From the NCBI GenBank assembly GCA_042577045.1, contig JBHPEK010000002.1:389-64388 (forward strand): a stretch of 64,000 nucleotides of DNA, written 5' to 3'. The DNA is from Patescibacteria group bacterium (GTDB lineage: Bacteria; Patescibacteriota; Minisyncoccia; JAHISW01; Tagabacteraceae). A model generated the notes under the pieces. It made no database searches, was not told the origin of the DNA, and worked only from the letters and a program-made list of their open reading frames with translations. Of this stretch, positions 36,594 through 47,358 are shown one piece after another; the stretch's first letter is position 1; each line of letters opens with the position of its first letter. Position numbers and translations under genes: made by a program.

Positions 36594-37825
36594 GGATAAT
36601 AATATTACAAGACCACTTTCCACCGAATAATTATGGTGGCGCGGGTACTGTCGCATATAGTATTTCAAGAGAACTTTTGAATAGGGGGCATCATGTTTTT
36701 GTGATTACGACAGTAGACCAAAAAGAAAAGGAAGGCGAAGAAAATTATAATGGTTTAAAAATTTTTAAAATTTATTCCAGTTATCACGAAAGATGGAGAT
36801 CCTACTTAAGTTTGTTTAATCCGGGAACAGTTTTTCATGTAAAGAAAATTATGAAAAAACTTAATCCCGACATTGTTCATGCTCATAACATACATTTTCA
36901 ATTATCTTATTATTGTTTGAAATTGGCAAAAAAATTAGGAGCTAAGGTTTTCTTGACTGCTCATGATGCCATGTTGTTTCATTATGGAAAATATACAGAA
37001 TATTCAAACAATGAAAAAGAAACAGGGGTAAAAGAGAATTATAAAGTTTCACAATTTCAGCTATTAAAGAAATACAAGAAAAGATATAATCCGTTTCGTA
37101 ATTTAATTATCCGCAAATATCTCAAATATACTGACAATATTTTTGCAGTAAGCAGTGTTTTAAAAAAAGTCTTAGATCAAAATGGGATTAATAATGTGGA
37201 AATTATTTATAACGGTGTTGATGTAGATGAATGGAAGATTAAAGAAGATTTTATTAACAACTTTAAAAATAAATATAAAATCATTGATAAAAAAGTAATT
37301 TTGTTTGGTGGAAGGTTGAGTGATGCTAAGGGTGGAGAAAAAATAATTTTATCAATGAAAAATATTGTTGAAAAAGAACCAAAAGCTATTCTATTAATTT
37401 GTGGCAAAAAAGATAGATATACTGACAAGCTGATAGCGTTATCACGCAAATTGGGCGTACATAAACATGTTATTTTTACAGATTGGCTAAGTGGAAAAGA
37501 GTTGAAGTTTGCTTATTGGTCTAGTTGTCTGGTGGTTGTACCTTCTATCTTTTTTGAATCATTTGGAATGCAAGCGCTTGAAGCTATGGCGTGTAAAAAA
37601 CCCGTAGTAGCAACTTGCTTTGGGGGTACGTCAGAAATAGTTCAGAATAATGTTACTGGTTACGTTGTAAATCCGTATAAGTTAGAATTATTATCGAAAT
37701 ACGTCTTAGAACTGCTGGGCGACAAAGAAAAAGCAGACTTAATGGGAGAAGCTGGATTTCAAAGAGCAAAAGATAGATTTTCTTTAAAACTTCAAATTGA
37801 CAAACTTTTAAATTACTATAGATAA
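36590..37825 (+). CDS. GT4 family glycosyltransferase.
   Basis: ESFGMQALEAMACKKPVVAT. ATGA overlap with the upstream stop. Confidence 0.8.
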   Translation: MRIIILQDHFPPNNYGGAGTVAYSISRELLNRGHHVFVITTVDQKEKEGEENYNGLKIFKIYSSYHERWRSYLSLFNPGTVFHVKKIMKKLNPDIVHAHNIHFQLSYYCLKLAKKLGAKVFLTAHDAMLFHYGKYTEYSNNEKETGVKENYKVSQFQLLKKYKKRYNPFRNLIIRKYLKYTDNIFAVSSVLKKVLDQNGINNVEIIYNGVDVDEWKIKEDFINNFKNKYKIIDKKVILFGGRLSDAKGGEKIILSMKNIVEKEPKAILLICGKKDRYTDKLIALSRKLGVHKHVIFTDWLSGKELKFAYWSSCLVVVPSIFFESFGMQALEAMACKKPVVATCFGGTSEIVQNNVTGYVVNPYKLELLSKYVLELLGDKEKADLMGEAGFQRAKDRFSLKLQIDKLLNYYR

Positions 37826-37826
37826 A

Positions 37827-39290
37827 ATGATAGATATAGTTTTATTTTATCCCAAACTAGAAACAGTCAAACCAAGGCTTTTGCCAATGGGTGTTTTAAG
37901 TATAGCAGGTCCTTTGGTGGAGGCAGGCTTTAACGTAAAAATCATTGATCAAAGAGTTGATAATGATTGGCGCAATACACTTCTCAATTCTTTAAATAAA
38001 AAACCGTTATTGGTTGGTTTTTCTGTGATGACAGGTATTCAGATTTTGAATGCCCTAGAGGCGACAAAACTAGTAAAAAAGAACAGCAATATCTTGACTG
38101 TTTGGGGCGGTGTTCATCCAAGTTTATTGCCAGAACAAACTTTGGAAAACAGCAACATAGACTTTGCGGTGGTTGGTGAAGGAGAAAACATTTTGTTGAA
38201 TTTGGTAAAAAGTTTAAAATCTAACCAATCTTATAAAGATATTCCAGGACTTGGCTATAAAGAGGGAAATGAAATAGTTGTTAATCCTGCGATGGCCTTT
38301 ATTGATCTGGATACTTTGCCCGACATTCCTTATCATTTGGTAGATATAGAAAAATATATTCAAGAATATTCTTATGCAAGTGGCAAAAAAGCGAGGTCTA
38401 TAGATTTTTACACAAGCCGAGGGTGTCCTCACAGATGCGCTTTTTGCTATAATCAAGAGTTTAATAAAAGAAAATGGAGAGGAAACTCGGCGCAGAAAGT
38501 CGTAGAGCAAATAAAAAAGCTCATAGATAATTATCAAATTTCCGCTTTAGATATTGAAGATGACGAATTTTTTGTAGATATGAAAAGGGCCAAAGAAATT
38601 TGCGAACTTTTAATTAAAGAAAATATAAATATCGAAATAATGACGACTTGCCGTGTAAATTATGTGTCTCAAAGAATGGATGGTGAACTTCTTAATCTTT
38701 GTAAAAAAGCAGGTTTCAATGCTTTGTCTTTTGGTGTTGAGTCGGGTTCTTCAAAAATACAAAAAATGATGTCAAAAGATATCACCACTGAACAGGTTTT
38801 TGATACAATAAAGAAACTAAAAAAAGCCGACATCGGATCCAAATATTTTTTTATGGCAGGCATTCCAAGAGAGCAAATCGAAGATTTATATGCCACAACT
38901 GATTTAATACGGCAGATGAAAGAATTAGACAATGGAGTTCGAATTCCTGCTTGGCGTGTCTTTACGCCATATCCGGGCACAGAGTTGTATGGTAAAAGTA
39001 TAGAGTTAGGTTTTAATCCTCCGAAGAATCTTGAAAATTGGGCAAAATATGATTTCAAGACTATAAATATGCCATGGGTAAGCAAGAAAGCAAAAAAAAT
39101 CATAAAAAATGTAATTTATTCCATAAAATTTCTAGAACTTGAAAAAGAAAGTTCAAACAGTTTTTATTTCAACTTAAGTCGACTATATGGGAAGACGGTG
39201 GATTATCGTTGGAGAAAACATTGGTTCTTTTTTCCTGAAAAAAATATTATATTGTTGTTTTTAAAAATTAAGTCTTTTTTGACGAAATGA
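37827..39290 (+). CDS. Cobalamin(B12)-binding radical SAM protein.
   Basis: LLVGFSVMTG...VWGGVHPS. SRGCPHRCAFC motif. Confidence 0.75.
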   Translation: MIDIVLFYPKLETVKPRLLPMGVLSIAGPLVEAGFNVKIIDQRVDNDWRNTLLNSLNKKPLLVGFSVMTGIQILNALEATKLVKKNSNILTVWGGVHPSLLPEQTLENSNIDFAVVGEGENILLNLVKSLKSNQSYKDIPGLGYKEGNEIVVNPAMAFIDLDTLPDIPYHLVDIEKYIQEYSYASGKKARSIDFYTSRGCPHRCAFCYNQEFNKRKWRGNSAQKVVEQIKKLIDNYQISALDIEDDEFFVDMKRAKEICELLIKENINIEIMTTCRVNYVSQRMDGELLNLCKKAGFNALSFGVESGSSKIQKMMSKDITTEQVFDTIKKLKKADIGSKYFFMAGIPREQIEDLYATTDLIRQMKELDNGVRIPAWRVFTPYPGTELYGKSIELGFNPPKNLENWAKYDFKTINMPWVSKKAKKIIKNVIYSIKFLELEKESSNSFYFNLSRLYGKTVDYRWRKHWFFFPEKNIILLFLKIKSFLTK

Positions 39291-40093
39291 AAACTTTTTA
39301 TAAAAACTATTTGAAGAAACAAGGCATTTTAGGATTACCCAAAAAAGATATTTTTTTGGTCGTCGGAGTGTCTAGGAGTGGAACTAGTTTGCTAATGAGC
39401 CTTCTAGATAATATGGGAGTATTTATTGGTAATTCTGATGATTTTGTTCCGTCAGACACGTCAAACCCACGTGGCTATTTTGAACACGCAAAGGTTCTTG
39501 GTATTAATTACTCTATTTTAAAGCAGGCCAGAGCTAAAAAGGAAGATATTTGGGGAAAATATGATATAAGTGCCAGGGGGCCCATAAAAAAATTTCAGAG
39601 AGCTATCGTTAGGCTAAAAATAAATAAGTTTTTGAAAAAAATGCACAGTCAACCTGAAGACAGTTGGGCTATGAAAAGTCATTTAGCAACTTTTCCTTTG
39701 TGGCAAGAATATATTCCAGAATTTAAACTTATTATTGCTTTTAAGGACCCCACAACAGTTGCTCATTCTAACGTTAAACTAAAAAATTTTTCAGCTCCAT
39801 TTTCTGAATATCTTTCAAGATGGGAAAAAATCAATAGAGAATTAATTTATTTTAGTTACCGATTTCAAAGTCTGGTTATTAATTACAATGATTTGTTAGA
39901 TTTGGGTAGTAAAGATCGGGTTTTAAATAAATTAATAGAATTTGTTGGTAAGGGGAACATAGAAACATTAAGGGATGTAGTGGATCCATCCCTCAATCGT
40001 TCTCGTAGCGAGGTAGAAAAATTAGAAGAAATCTACCCATTATTGCCAAGCCAGAAAGAAGTATTCAGGGTTTTAGAAAAAATAAAAACTTAA
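39287..40093 (+). CDS. Sulfotransferase family protein.
   Basis: FLVVGVSRSGTSLL (5'-PSB P-loop-like). About 268 aa. Confidence 0.5.
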   Translation: MKTFYKNYLKKQGILGLPKKDIFLVVGVSRSGTSLLMSLLDNMGVFIGNSDDFVPSDTSNPRGYFEHAKVLGINYSILKQARAKKEDIWGKYDISARGPIKKFQRAIVRLKINKFLKKMHSQPEDSWAMKSHLATFPLWQEYIPEFKLIIAFKDPTTVAHSNVKLKNFSAPFSEYLSRWEKINRELIYFSYRFQSLVINYNDLLDLGSKDRVLNKLIEFVGKGNIETLRDVVDPSLNRSRSEVEKLEEIYPLLPSQKEVFRVLEKIKT

Positions 40094-40096
40094 AAA

Positions 40097-41563
40097 ATGA
40101 GTAAAAAAATTATTATTCTTACGCTCCTTGTTTTGTTTTTACTTTCTTTAGTAAGGGTAGCTCCTCTTATCTACAAGGGGTATGCACCAACGGGATCACA
40201 CGGAAATCTTGTTTTGGCAAGAAACCTCGCTCTTAATAGTGGATACAAATCAGAAAATAGTGAGAATGTTGTTCTTGCTTCTTCGCAGGTAGCAGAAAAA
40301 GGACTCAATTCAACAACAGGAAACAAGCTTACTTCTTATCTAATTTCATATGTTTTTAGGGTCTTTGGTTTTAGCCCAAATCTACCTTTTTATGTTTCTG
40401 TTTTTATGTTTGCTTTGTCTGGTGTTTTAATTTTTCTTCTCGTTTTAAGGTTATTTAATAATTATTGGTTGGCTTTGTCTGCTTTCTTCCTAGATCTTTT
40501 TATGCCTTTTGTTTGGAAGGGTAGTTTGTGGGCTGGTTTTTACGAGTTTGCCTCTGTTTTTTTCTTGTTGGGACTTTTGTTTTATTTTTGGAATAAACAA
40601 CCAGCAACATATAATTTTTTGGGTGCCGGCATATTTTTAGGTTTGGCAACGATTTCTCGTAATGCCTTCGTGCTATCTGTTATTCCGATAGTCCTTTTTC
40701 AATTTTTGAAAACTAGATCTTACAAAAATATTCTTTGCTTTGCTTTGCCAATTTTAATTATTTTTGGCTTTATTGGATTGTTCAATAATTCTTATTTAAC
40801 AGATAAGCCGTCTGCAGATTATGGTCATTTATTCCCCGACTCATACATATATCACTTTGAAAAGGAGACTTATTTGAATGAAGTAGATAGCACAGGTAAT
40901 CATGAAATTGCTCAATTCATGCTTCAATATGGATACAAGGTTCCTTTTGCACAAAAAATAAAAATGTACTTAAATTCTGTTATTTTTTATCCAAAACAGT
41001 TATTTTCTGTTATAAACTTTGGTGGTTCGATATTTTTGTTTTTTGCAATCTTGGGTGGAACTGTTTTGTTTAAAGAAAAGAAAAAACTGTTTAATTTTTT
41101 AGTTTTTTGGCTGATCTTTTGGTATCTTGGGCTTGTCCTAATGAAAACAAATAACTGGGATCACTTTCTGGAGATTAGGTTTGTGCTGATTTTGCTGATT
41201 ACTCTTGGTGCTTGGAAACTAATTGAGATTTTTGGGAAACAGAAAATTTTGTTTGGGACAGGGTTAATTTTGCTTATGTCCCTACAATTATTCTCTTCTA
41301 ATAAATGGCTTTTTCATCAGGATTATGATTCCAGCTTCTTTCCAGAAGCTTTTGAGATTATAGATGTTATAAACAAGCAAGATTTTGGGGATGATGATAT
41401 TATTGCCGTAAGTTTTAACCAGGGTGCACCAAAAATTTTAAATTATTATACAGACAAGAGTTTTATCTATTTTGCGCCGGAGACCATAGAAAAACTAAAA
41501 AAAGAGAATAAACTTGAAGAAATATTCAAAGAGTTTGGAGTAACTTATTTTTTGCAGATATAG
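40097..41563 (+). CDS. Polytopic membrane protein, putative GT-C glycosyltransferase.
   Basis: Multiple transmembrane helices. GSHGNLVLARNLALNSGY in the first loop. Confidence 0.4.
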   Translation: MSKKIIILTLLVLFLLSLVRVAPLIYKGYAPTGSHGNLVLARNLALNSGYKSENSENVVLASSQVAEKGLNSTTGNKLTSYLISYVFRVFGFSPNLPFYVSVFMFALSGVLIFLLVLRLFNNYWLALSAFFLDLFMPFVWKGSLWAGFYEFASVFFLLGLLFYFWNKQPATYNFLGAGIFLGLATISRNAFVLSVIPIVLFQFLKTRSYKNILCFALPILIIFGFIGLFNNSYLTDKPSADYGHLFPDSYIYHFEKETYLNEVDSTGNHEIAQFMLQYGYKVPFAQKIKMYLNSVIFYPKQLFSVINFGGSIFLFFAILGGTVLFKEKKKLFNFLVFWLIFWYLGLVLMKTNNWDHFLEIRFVLILLITLGAWKLIEIFGKQKILFGTGLILLMSLQLFSSNKWLFHQDYDSSFFPEAFEIIDVINKQDFGDDDIIAVSFNQGAPKILNYYTDKSFIYFAPETIEKLKKENKLEEIFKEFGVTYFLQI

Positions 41564-42306
41564 ATTCTTCGTAGTCCCAAAAGTGTGACAATAAAGTTTG
41601 GTAAAACTTTTTCAAGCCATTCTCCAAACTTTATTAAAAATTTAGGTCCACATGGGATTAAAATAAAAGTTTTTTGTTTTAGTATTTTAAAGTTGTTTTC
41701 TTTGAGCCATTTTTTTACTTTTCTATGCCTGATAAACCGATGAGGTCCTTCGCTGTGGTGAATATTAAAAATTGCTGCTATCCAGTGGATCGGTTCCCAC
41801 AATATGTTTGGCATTGTTAAAACTAGGTGTCCATTTGGCTGAAGTATTCTGTGTAATTCTTTTACAAATTTTTTGGGGTTGGGCAAATGTTCTATGGATT
41901 CAAAACTTAAAATGGTTTCGAACTGATTGTCCCCAAATGGTAAGGGATATTCTACAAACTGTTTGGTGGTAAATTCTAGGGGGTGTTTTTTGAGATTTGA
42001 TGCACAGATTTCTTGCATTTTTTTGGTAACATCAGCGCATACCACTTTGGAAATTTTTTCATTTTTCCAAAAATATAAACTTCCGTTTCCGGTTCTGGAG
42101 CAGATATCTAATGTATATTTGTTTTCGGGTAAATCGAAAAGTTCGTAAGCATCAATAAACCGGCGAAAATAAGTATACGTTTTTTCGTTTATGTCATCAT
42201 AGTCCGTTGTGTTGTCCCAGTGTTCACCTACATCTTTGAATGTCCAAGAAGGACTAAAGATGTATTTTAGTTCATTACTCAATCTCTGGAAAAAATTATA
42301 TTGCAC
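41545..42306 (-). CDS. Class I SAM-dependent methyltransferase.
   Basis: LDICSRTGNGSLYF, ILSFESIEHL and NGHLVLTMPN. Confidence 0.6.
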   Translation of the reverse strand: MQYNFFQRLSNELKYIFSPSWTFKDVGEHWDNTTDYDDINEKTYTYFRRFIDAYELFDLPENKYTLDICSRTGNGSLYFWKNEKISKVVCADVTKKMQEICASNLKKHPLEFTTKQFVEYPLPFGDNQFETILSFESIEHLPNPKKFVKELHRILQPNGHLVLTMPNILWEPIHWIAAIFNIHHSEGPHRFIRHRKVKKWLKENNFKILKQKTFILIPCGPKFLIKFGEWLEKVLPNFIVTLLGLRRIYICKK

Positions 42307-43747
42307 GTTTTTTTAGTTTGATCACTTTTAGCCCCGCCCTTACTTTACGAATTAGTTCAGGAAAAGATCTTATTTTTATAAGCCGTTTCAAAATATAACT
42401 GGGTCGCACATAAAATTGTTTATAGGCATAGTTTAAAAGACTTTGAAGTTCTTCGTTGCTAAGTTCTTTTGTCCAGTATTTTGTTTTAAAGCTCCGTTGA
42501 GGATTCTTGGCAAACTCAAGCCAGTAATCATTTTCGAAAACTTTTTGTTCTAGCGCCCAGTTGTAAACTCTAGTTGCTGGGAAAGGTGTTAGGAGTGTTA
42601 TTTGAACAAAGTCTGGGTTCAATTTTTTAGCAAATTTTATAGTTTCTAAAATATCTTCTTTGGTCTCGGTGGGGGAGCCAATCATGAAATAAGCCAAAGT
42701 GTCTATACCCATTTTTTTAGTAAGTTTAAATATTTTTAAAACCTGCTCAAGGTTTATGTTTTTATTTAGGACTTTTAAAATTTTTGGAGTTCCTCCTTCT
42801 ACGCCATAGTGAATTCGTTCACATCCGGCTTTTTTAAGTAGTTTTAATACTTCTTCATTTACTGTGTCCACTCTTGCTCGTATATCCCAGCTAAATTTAA
42901 GTTTGCGTCTTAAAATTTCTTCACAGATATCAATTACTCGTTGATTGTCTACAGTAAAAGTGTCGTCATAAACAAATATCTCTTTAATTCCTAGATTCAA
43001 ACATTCTTCCATTTCGTCAACTACATTTTCAGCAGATCTTTTTCTAAAAATTTTCCCCATGTTAGGTCTGTCGCAAAAAGCACACTGGAAAGGGCAACCT
43101 CTACTGGTAAACATTGTTGTAATCGGGCTCTTTTTTGCCAAAAGAGAAAAGTATTTTTTGTAAGGTAGCATTTCTCGTGGAGGGAATGGCAAGGAGTCTA
43201 AATCTTCACAATATTTTTTTATACCCGTATTTATAATTTCTCCGTTGTGTTTAAAAACAAGTCCAGAGATTTTTTTAAGCTCGTCCGAATTATTAATATT
43301 CTCTAAAAGTTTATGAAAGGTTTCTTCTCCTTCTCCAGACACCACAAAATCAACATCTTTTAAATTAATAGTTTCTTCTGGGTAAATATGTACATGTGGA
43401 CCACCAAGAACAATTTTTACTTGTGGAGAGACCCTTTTAGATATTTCAGCTGTTTTTAAAACGTCTAACAGGGTAAAGGTCATTGTAGTAATACCCACAA
43501 CATCTGGAGAGTATTTTTTTATTTTTTCTTGTAGTTTTTGGTAATTAAGTTTTTCTACTTGAGCGTCAATTATTTTTAGCTCATGATTGGAATGTTTTTT
43601 TAAATATCCAGCTAAATACAAAAGACCTAGTGGGGGGTCAAACCCTCTCTCTGTTTTGATTATCTCTGGATTACAGCTTAAAATTTCGTTTTGCGACGGT
43701 GGATTTATTAAAAGTATTTTCATTTTAGTTTTTGAACTTTTTAACAA
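42296..43747 (-). CDS. Cobalamin(B12)-binding radical SAM protein.
   Basis: SPDVVGITTMTF...VLGGPHVH. SRGCPFQCAFC motif. Confidence 0.75.
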   Translation of the reverse strand: MLKSSKTKMKILLINPPSQNEILSCNPEIIKTERGFDPPLGLLYLAGYLKKHSNHELKIIDAQVEKLNYQKLQEKIKKYSPDVVGITTMTFTLLDVLKTAEISKRVSPQVKIVLGGPHVHIYPEETINLKDVDFVVSGEGEETFHKLLENINNSDELKKISGLVFKHNGEIINTGIKKYCEDLDSLPFPPREMLPYKKYFSLLAKKSPITTMFTSRGCPFQCAFCDRPNMGKIFRKRSAENVVDEMEECLNLGIKEIFVYDDTFTVDNQRVIDICEEILRRKLKFSWDIRARVDTVNEEVLKLLKKAGCERIHYGVEGGTPKILKVLNKNINLEQVLKIFKLTKKMGIDTLAYFMIGSPTETKEDILETIKFAKKLNPDFVQITLLTPFPATRVYNWALEQKVFENDYWLEFAKNPQRSFKTKYWTKELSNEELQSLLNYAYKQFYVRPSYILKRLIKIRSFPELIRKVRAGLKVIKLKKRAI

Positions 43748-44369
43748 ATTTGTCTACAAGTGGGGAAATTATTTTTTTAACAAACAAGGGAAGTTTGTAG
43801 TATATTTTTCTGGCGACTCTTTTAAAATGTATATTTAGAGACGTTTTTTGTTGTGGCCAAGAGAATTTATTAAAAGAATAAATGTTTTCAATTTTATTTT
43901 TTCTGGGTATAGAAATTGAGGTTTGTTTGGGATATCCGAAAGCTACATAGGCAACAGGGGAATATGACTCTTTGATATTAAAGATTTTTTTAAGAGTTTT
44001 TTTGCTAGGCAGGTGGCACACCCAGCAAGCTCCCAATCCTAGATCATGTATAGTTAGAAGCATATTTTGAATAGCAGCGGAACTACTTTGAATCCAATCA
44101 AGATACTCTAGATTATCTGAATCTGATTTATTGTATAGAACTAAAATTCCATAAGGAGCACTTTTTATAACTGGGGCGCTTCCGTTTTCAAAAATCTTAT
44201 TTTTTATTTCTTGGTCATCTACTATGATAAACTTCCAGCTTTGTGTGTTGCAATGGCTGGGTGCCCAATTACCAGCCTCTAGAATTTTCTCTAGAGTTTC
44301 TTGGTTTATTTTTTGATCAGAAAAAACTCGAACGCTTCTTCTATTTTTAATTACTTGTTCTATTTCCAT
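43725..44369 (-). CDS. Nitroreductase family protein.
   Basis: IKNRRSVRVF and WAPSHCNTQSWKFIIV. The start at MEIEQ overlaps the upstream gene. Confidence 0.8.
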   Translation of the reverse strand: MEIEQVIKNRRSVRVFSDQKINQETLEKILEAGNWAPSHCNTQSWKFIIVDDQEIKNKIFENGSAPVIKSAPYGILVLYNKSDSDNLEYLDWIQSSSAAIQNMLLTIHDLGLGACWVCHLPSKKTLKKIFNIKESYSPVAYVAFGYPKQTSISIPRKNKIENIYSFNKFSWPQQKTSLNIHFKRVARKIYYKLPLFVKKIISPLVDKFVKKFKN

Positions 44370-45433
44370 AAAGAGTGTTTTAAAATTGATAAATATTCTT
44401 TGGGATTGAAAATTATACCGGTACGAATAGCACACTCCCAGGTGCAATTACACTGTTTGTTTTTTATTTTTTCATATTCTTTTTTAGCAAAATCAGATTT
44501 AACTATTTTATTTATGTCATAATCAAAATCTCGTAAATTTCCTAGGGATGTTGGTAAAATCTCACAAATTTTTATTTTGCCATCGTCTTCCAATACTATC
44601 ATTTTTTTAATAGCATAACAGTTGAAATTTCGTTTTCTTGTTGTAAGGTTTTCAAAAACTTTTTCGCGAGCAGTAATAGTTGCTCCCCAAATAAAACCAG
44701 ATAAAGGATGATTTTTAAATTTGTTTCTGTTTAATTTTGAAAGATATTCTGTTGCTTTTTTGTATTTTTCAATATAAAGATTTTCTTTGTTATCTTTAGA
44801 ACGGGCATCTCCTCTAATAAAGGTCATACTCATTGAATCTACATCTAAGTTTTTCTTTATAAAATCTAAAACTTCCATTACCTTATCCTGATTTGTTTTC
44901 ATAAAACAAGTGTTGGTAATTAGAGAAAAGTTTTTGTATTTATTCTTTAGTTTTTTGACTTGTTTTACTGTTTCGATTACTTTATCAAAACCTCCAGGAA
45001 CACCTCGTATCTTATCGTGCATTTCACCGATACCGTCAATAGAAAAAGAAAATCTAAAATGTATTTTAGGATATTTTTGTAATATTTTTTCCGCTGTATT
45101 TACAATTTTTTCGGTCGAGAAGCCATTAGATGGAATACCAACCATATCTACACCTGTATATTTTTTAAATAATTCAATAATGTCTATTAAATCGTCTCTT
45201 AAGTATGGTTCACCTCCAGACAAATTTAGAAAAAGCATACTGCCCCAATTTTTGGCAATTTTTTCTATTTCTTCTAAAGAGAGCTCTTTTCTGTTTGGTG
45301 CCTCGTCAACCAATTTCCAATTAAAACAATGAGAACAACGAGCATTGCACTTAGATGTTATATAAAAAATTGTGTAGAAAGGTGTTTGGCTAAAATAAAA
45401 TTTTAACCATCTGATATATTTTGGTAATTTCAT
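44360..45433 (-). CDS. Radical SAM protein with a C-terminal SPASM-like Cys cluster.
   Basis: SKCNARCSHC (CxxxCxxC). C-terminal CNCTWECAIRTG. Confidence 0.7.
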   Translation of the reverse strand: MKLPKYIRWLKFYFSQTPFYTIFYITSKCNARCSHCFNWKLVDEAPNRKELSLEEIEKIAKNWGSMLFLNLSGGEPYLRDDLIDIIELFKKYTGVDMVGIPSNGFSTEKIVNTAEKILQKYPKIHFRFSFSIDGIGEMHDKIRGVPGGFDKVIETVKQVKKLKNKYKNFSLITNTCFMKTNQDKVMEVLDFIKKNLDVDSMSMTFIRGDARSKDNKENLYIEKYKKATEYLSKLNRNKFKNHPLSGFIWGATITAREKVFENLTTRKRNFNCYAIKKMIVLEDDGKIKICEILPTSLGNLRDFDYDINKIVKSDFAKKEYEKIKNKQCNCTWECAIRTGIIFNPKEYLSILKHSLWK

Positions 45434-46413
45434 AAAGATTTTTTTTTCTTGGTTAAGTGGGCAAATATTAGTCCTGTGGTTCCAGCAATAGAAACAACAA
45501 GAATATAAAAATAGTGTAACAAGGTTGTTCTAAAACTGAAAATGGCTCCATGTTTTTTATAAAATTTGTTATATAAAGATCGGTTTAGGAAGAAAAAAAC
45601 AAAGTAAAATAGCAAAGCTAAATATAATAGTGGTCGAAAAAATAAACCCAGAACAACAAATAATAAAACTACTCCTGAAAGAAGGTAAAGTATTTTAAAC
45701 ATCTTGCTGTTGTAAGATGTTTCTGTTTTGTTTTTGATTTGATACAAAACCATAGCCCTAAGAAAAGCTCTTTGGCAATATTTTTTCATACCTTCAAAAA
45801 AGAAGCTATCAAGATAAGAATTTTTCATTAAGATTTTCTTATCTAGGTCTATCTTGTACCCTTTATTAAATAATTTTAAGCCAAAATAAAAATCTTCAGC
45901 GTTGGCTGTTTTGAAATTTTCATCAAATCCACCCTCTTTTAAAAATAGATCTTTGTAAATTGCCGAACCGTTACTTCCGAAACTTTTGGTAATCAAATTG
46001 GTGAATAAATAGTTTCCTTCAACAGCTTTAAATTTGTTAAAGAAATTATTTTTTATGGACTCGTCACTCCAAGAAATTGTAAGACCTTGAAGCTTAGGAT
46101 CTTTTTGAAATCGTTCGTATATTTTTTCAAAAGTGTCTGGATAAACTTGGGCATCGGAGTCAAGAAAGAAAACAATATTACCTGTGGCTTTTTTAACCCC
46201 AAAGTTTCTAGCTACAGCTGGACCTTTGTTTTTTTCAAAAGTAAATAATTTAGTATTTGGGTATTTGGCAACAATTTCTTCTACACTTACTTTAGTGGAA
46301 CCATCATCAATCACGATTATTTCTGGTAGAACATTTTTTGAATTAAAAATAGAATCAAGGCATTGGTTTAAGAGAGGATCATTATACGTAGCAATTATAA
46401 CAGAGATTTTCAT
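45430..46413 (-). CDS. GT2 family glycosyltransferase.
   Basis: ISVIIATYND, IIVIDDGST and FLDSD. Confidence 0.75.
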   Translation of the reverse strand: MKISVIIATYNDPLLNQCLDSIFNSKNVLPEIIVIDDGSTKVSVEEIVAKYPNTKLFTFEKNKGPAVARNFGVKKATGNIVFFLDSDAQVYPDTFEKIYERFQKDPKLQGLTISWSDESIKNNFFNKFKAVEGNYLFTNLITKSFGSNGSAIYKDLFLKEGGFDENFKTANAEDFYFGLKLFNKGYKIDLDKKILMKNSYLDSFFFEGMKKYCQRAFLRAMVLYQIKNKTETSYNSKMFKILYLLSGVVLLFVVLGLFFRPLLYLALLFYFVFFFLNRSLYNKFYKKHGAIFSFRTTLLHYFYILVVSIAGTTGLIFAHLTKKKKSL

Positions 46414-47300
46414 TATTTATTATAGATAACGATTTCAGCAAGAAGGCCAAAGAAAAGAGTTTGAAGCGCCGTAGCAAAAAGAATTAAAATTGTTGTGTCA
46501 TAGAAGGTGGAAATAATTCCAAGAAAAAACAGAACAGTTAAAACTAGAGGTACAGCAAGTAAAAGCAAACTTAAGGGCAAGAAAACTTTAATTGGCCTGA
46601 AGAAAAGAGAAAGTTTTGTTACTAGCTTCAAGAAATTTATAAAGTCTACAGCTCGGATAGAAGATTTTCCTTTTCTTTTGTAATATTCAATGGGAATAAA
46701 TTTAGTTGGATAGCTGTGACTTAGGCATACCATTGTCAGAGTAGAGGTAAAAGAAAATTTTTCTGGAAAAAGATCCCAATATTTTATAACTATATCTTTT
46801 TTAAACATTCGCAGTCCACAGTTTAAATCTGGTATCTTTGAGCTTACCAGGTAACTAGTAAACCTATTTAGAAAGTTTTTTGCCCATCTTCTTTCAAAAG
46901 GAATTCCTTTTCCGTTTATTTGTCGGTGGCCGGTAATTAGGTCGTAGTTGTTAGATTGTTTTATGAGGTCAGGAATAGAATGAACTGGATAAGTGCCATC
47001 CCCGTCCATAATAATTATCCAATTGTATTTGCTATGCCGAATACCAGTCTTCAAGCTGGCGCCGTATCCTTTATTGATAGGGTGATGTAGTACAATTGTT
47101 GGATCAGGGGAATTGTGAATCTGTTCTAGGATTTCTTCACATTTGTCGGTAGAACAATCATTAACAAGTATTATTTCGTAATTTCTAGAAAATTGTGGTT
47201 CAAGAGTATCAATAATACCAGAAACTGTGTTTTTTATCGTTTCGGCTTCATTATATACAGGAATAATTATAGAAAAATTTTTAGCAATTTCACTTTGCAT
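46413..47300 (-). CDS. GT2 polyprenol-phosphate glycosyltransferase (DPM-synthase/ArnC/GtrB-like) with a C-terminal transmembrane region.
   Basis: FSIIIPVYNEAETI and ILVNDCSTD. C-terminal hydrophobic helices. Confidence 0.7.
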   Translation of the reverse strand: MQSEIAKNFSIIIPVYNEAETIKNTVSGIIDTLEPQFSRNYEIILVNDCSTDKCEEILEQIHNSPDPTIVLHHPINKGYGASLKTGIRHSKYNWIIIMDGDGTYPVHSIPDLIKQSNNYDLITGHRQINGKGIPFERRWAKNFLNRFTSYLVSSKIPDLNCGLRMFKKDIVIKYWDLFPEKFSFTSTLTMVCLSHSYPTKFIPIEYYKRKGKSSIRAVDFINFLKLVTKLSLFFRPIKVFLPLSLLLLAVPLVLTVLFFLGIISTFYDTTILILFATALQTLFFGLLAEIVIYNK

Positions 47301-47358
47301 AATGCTGTTATTTTAGGCTTATTTGCCTTTTTTTTCAAGTTTGTTAGAATATCTACTA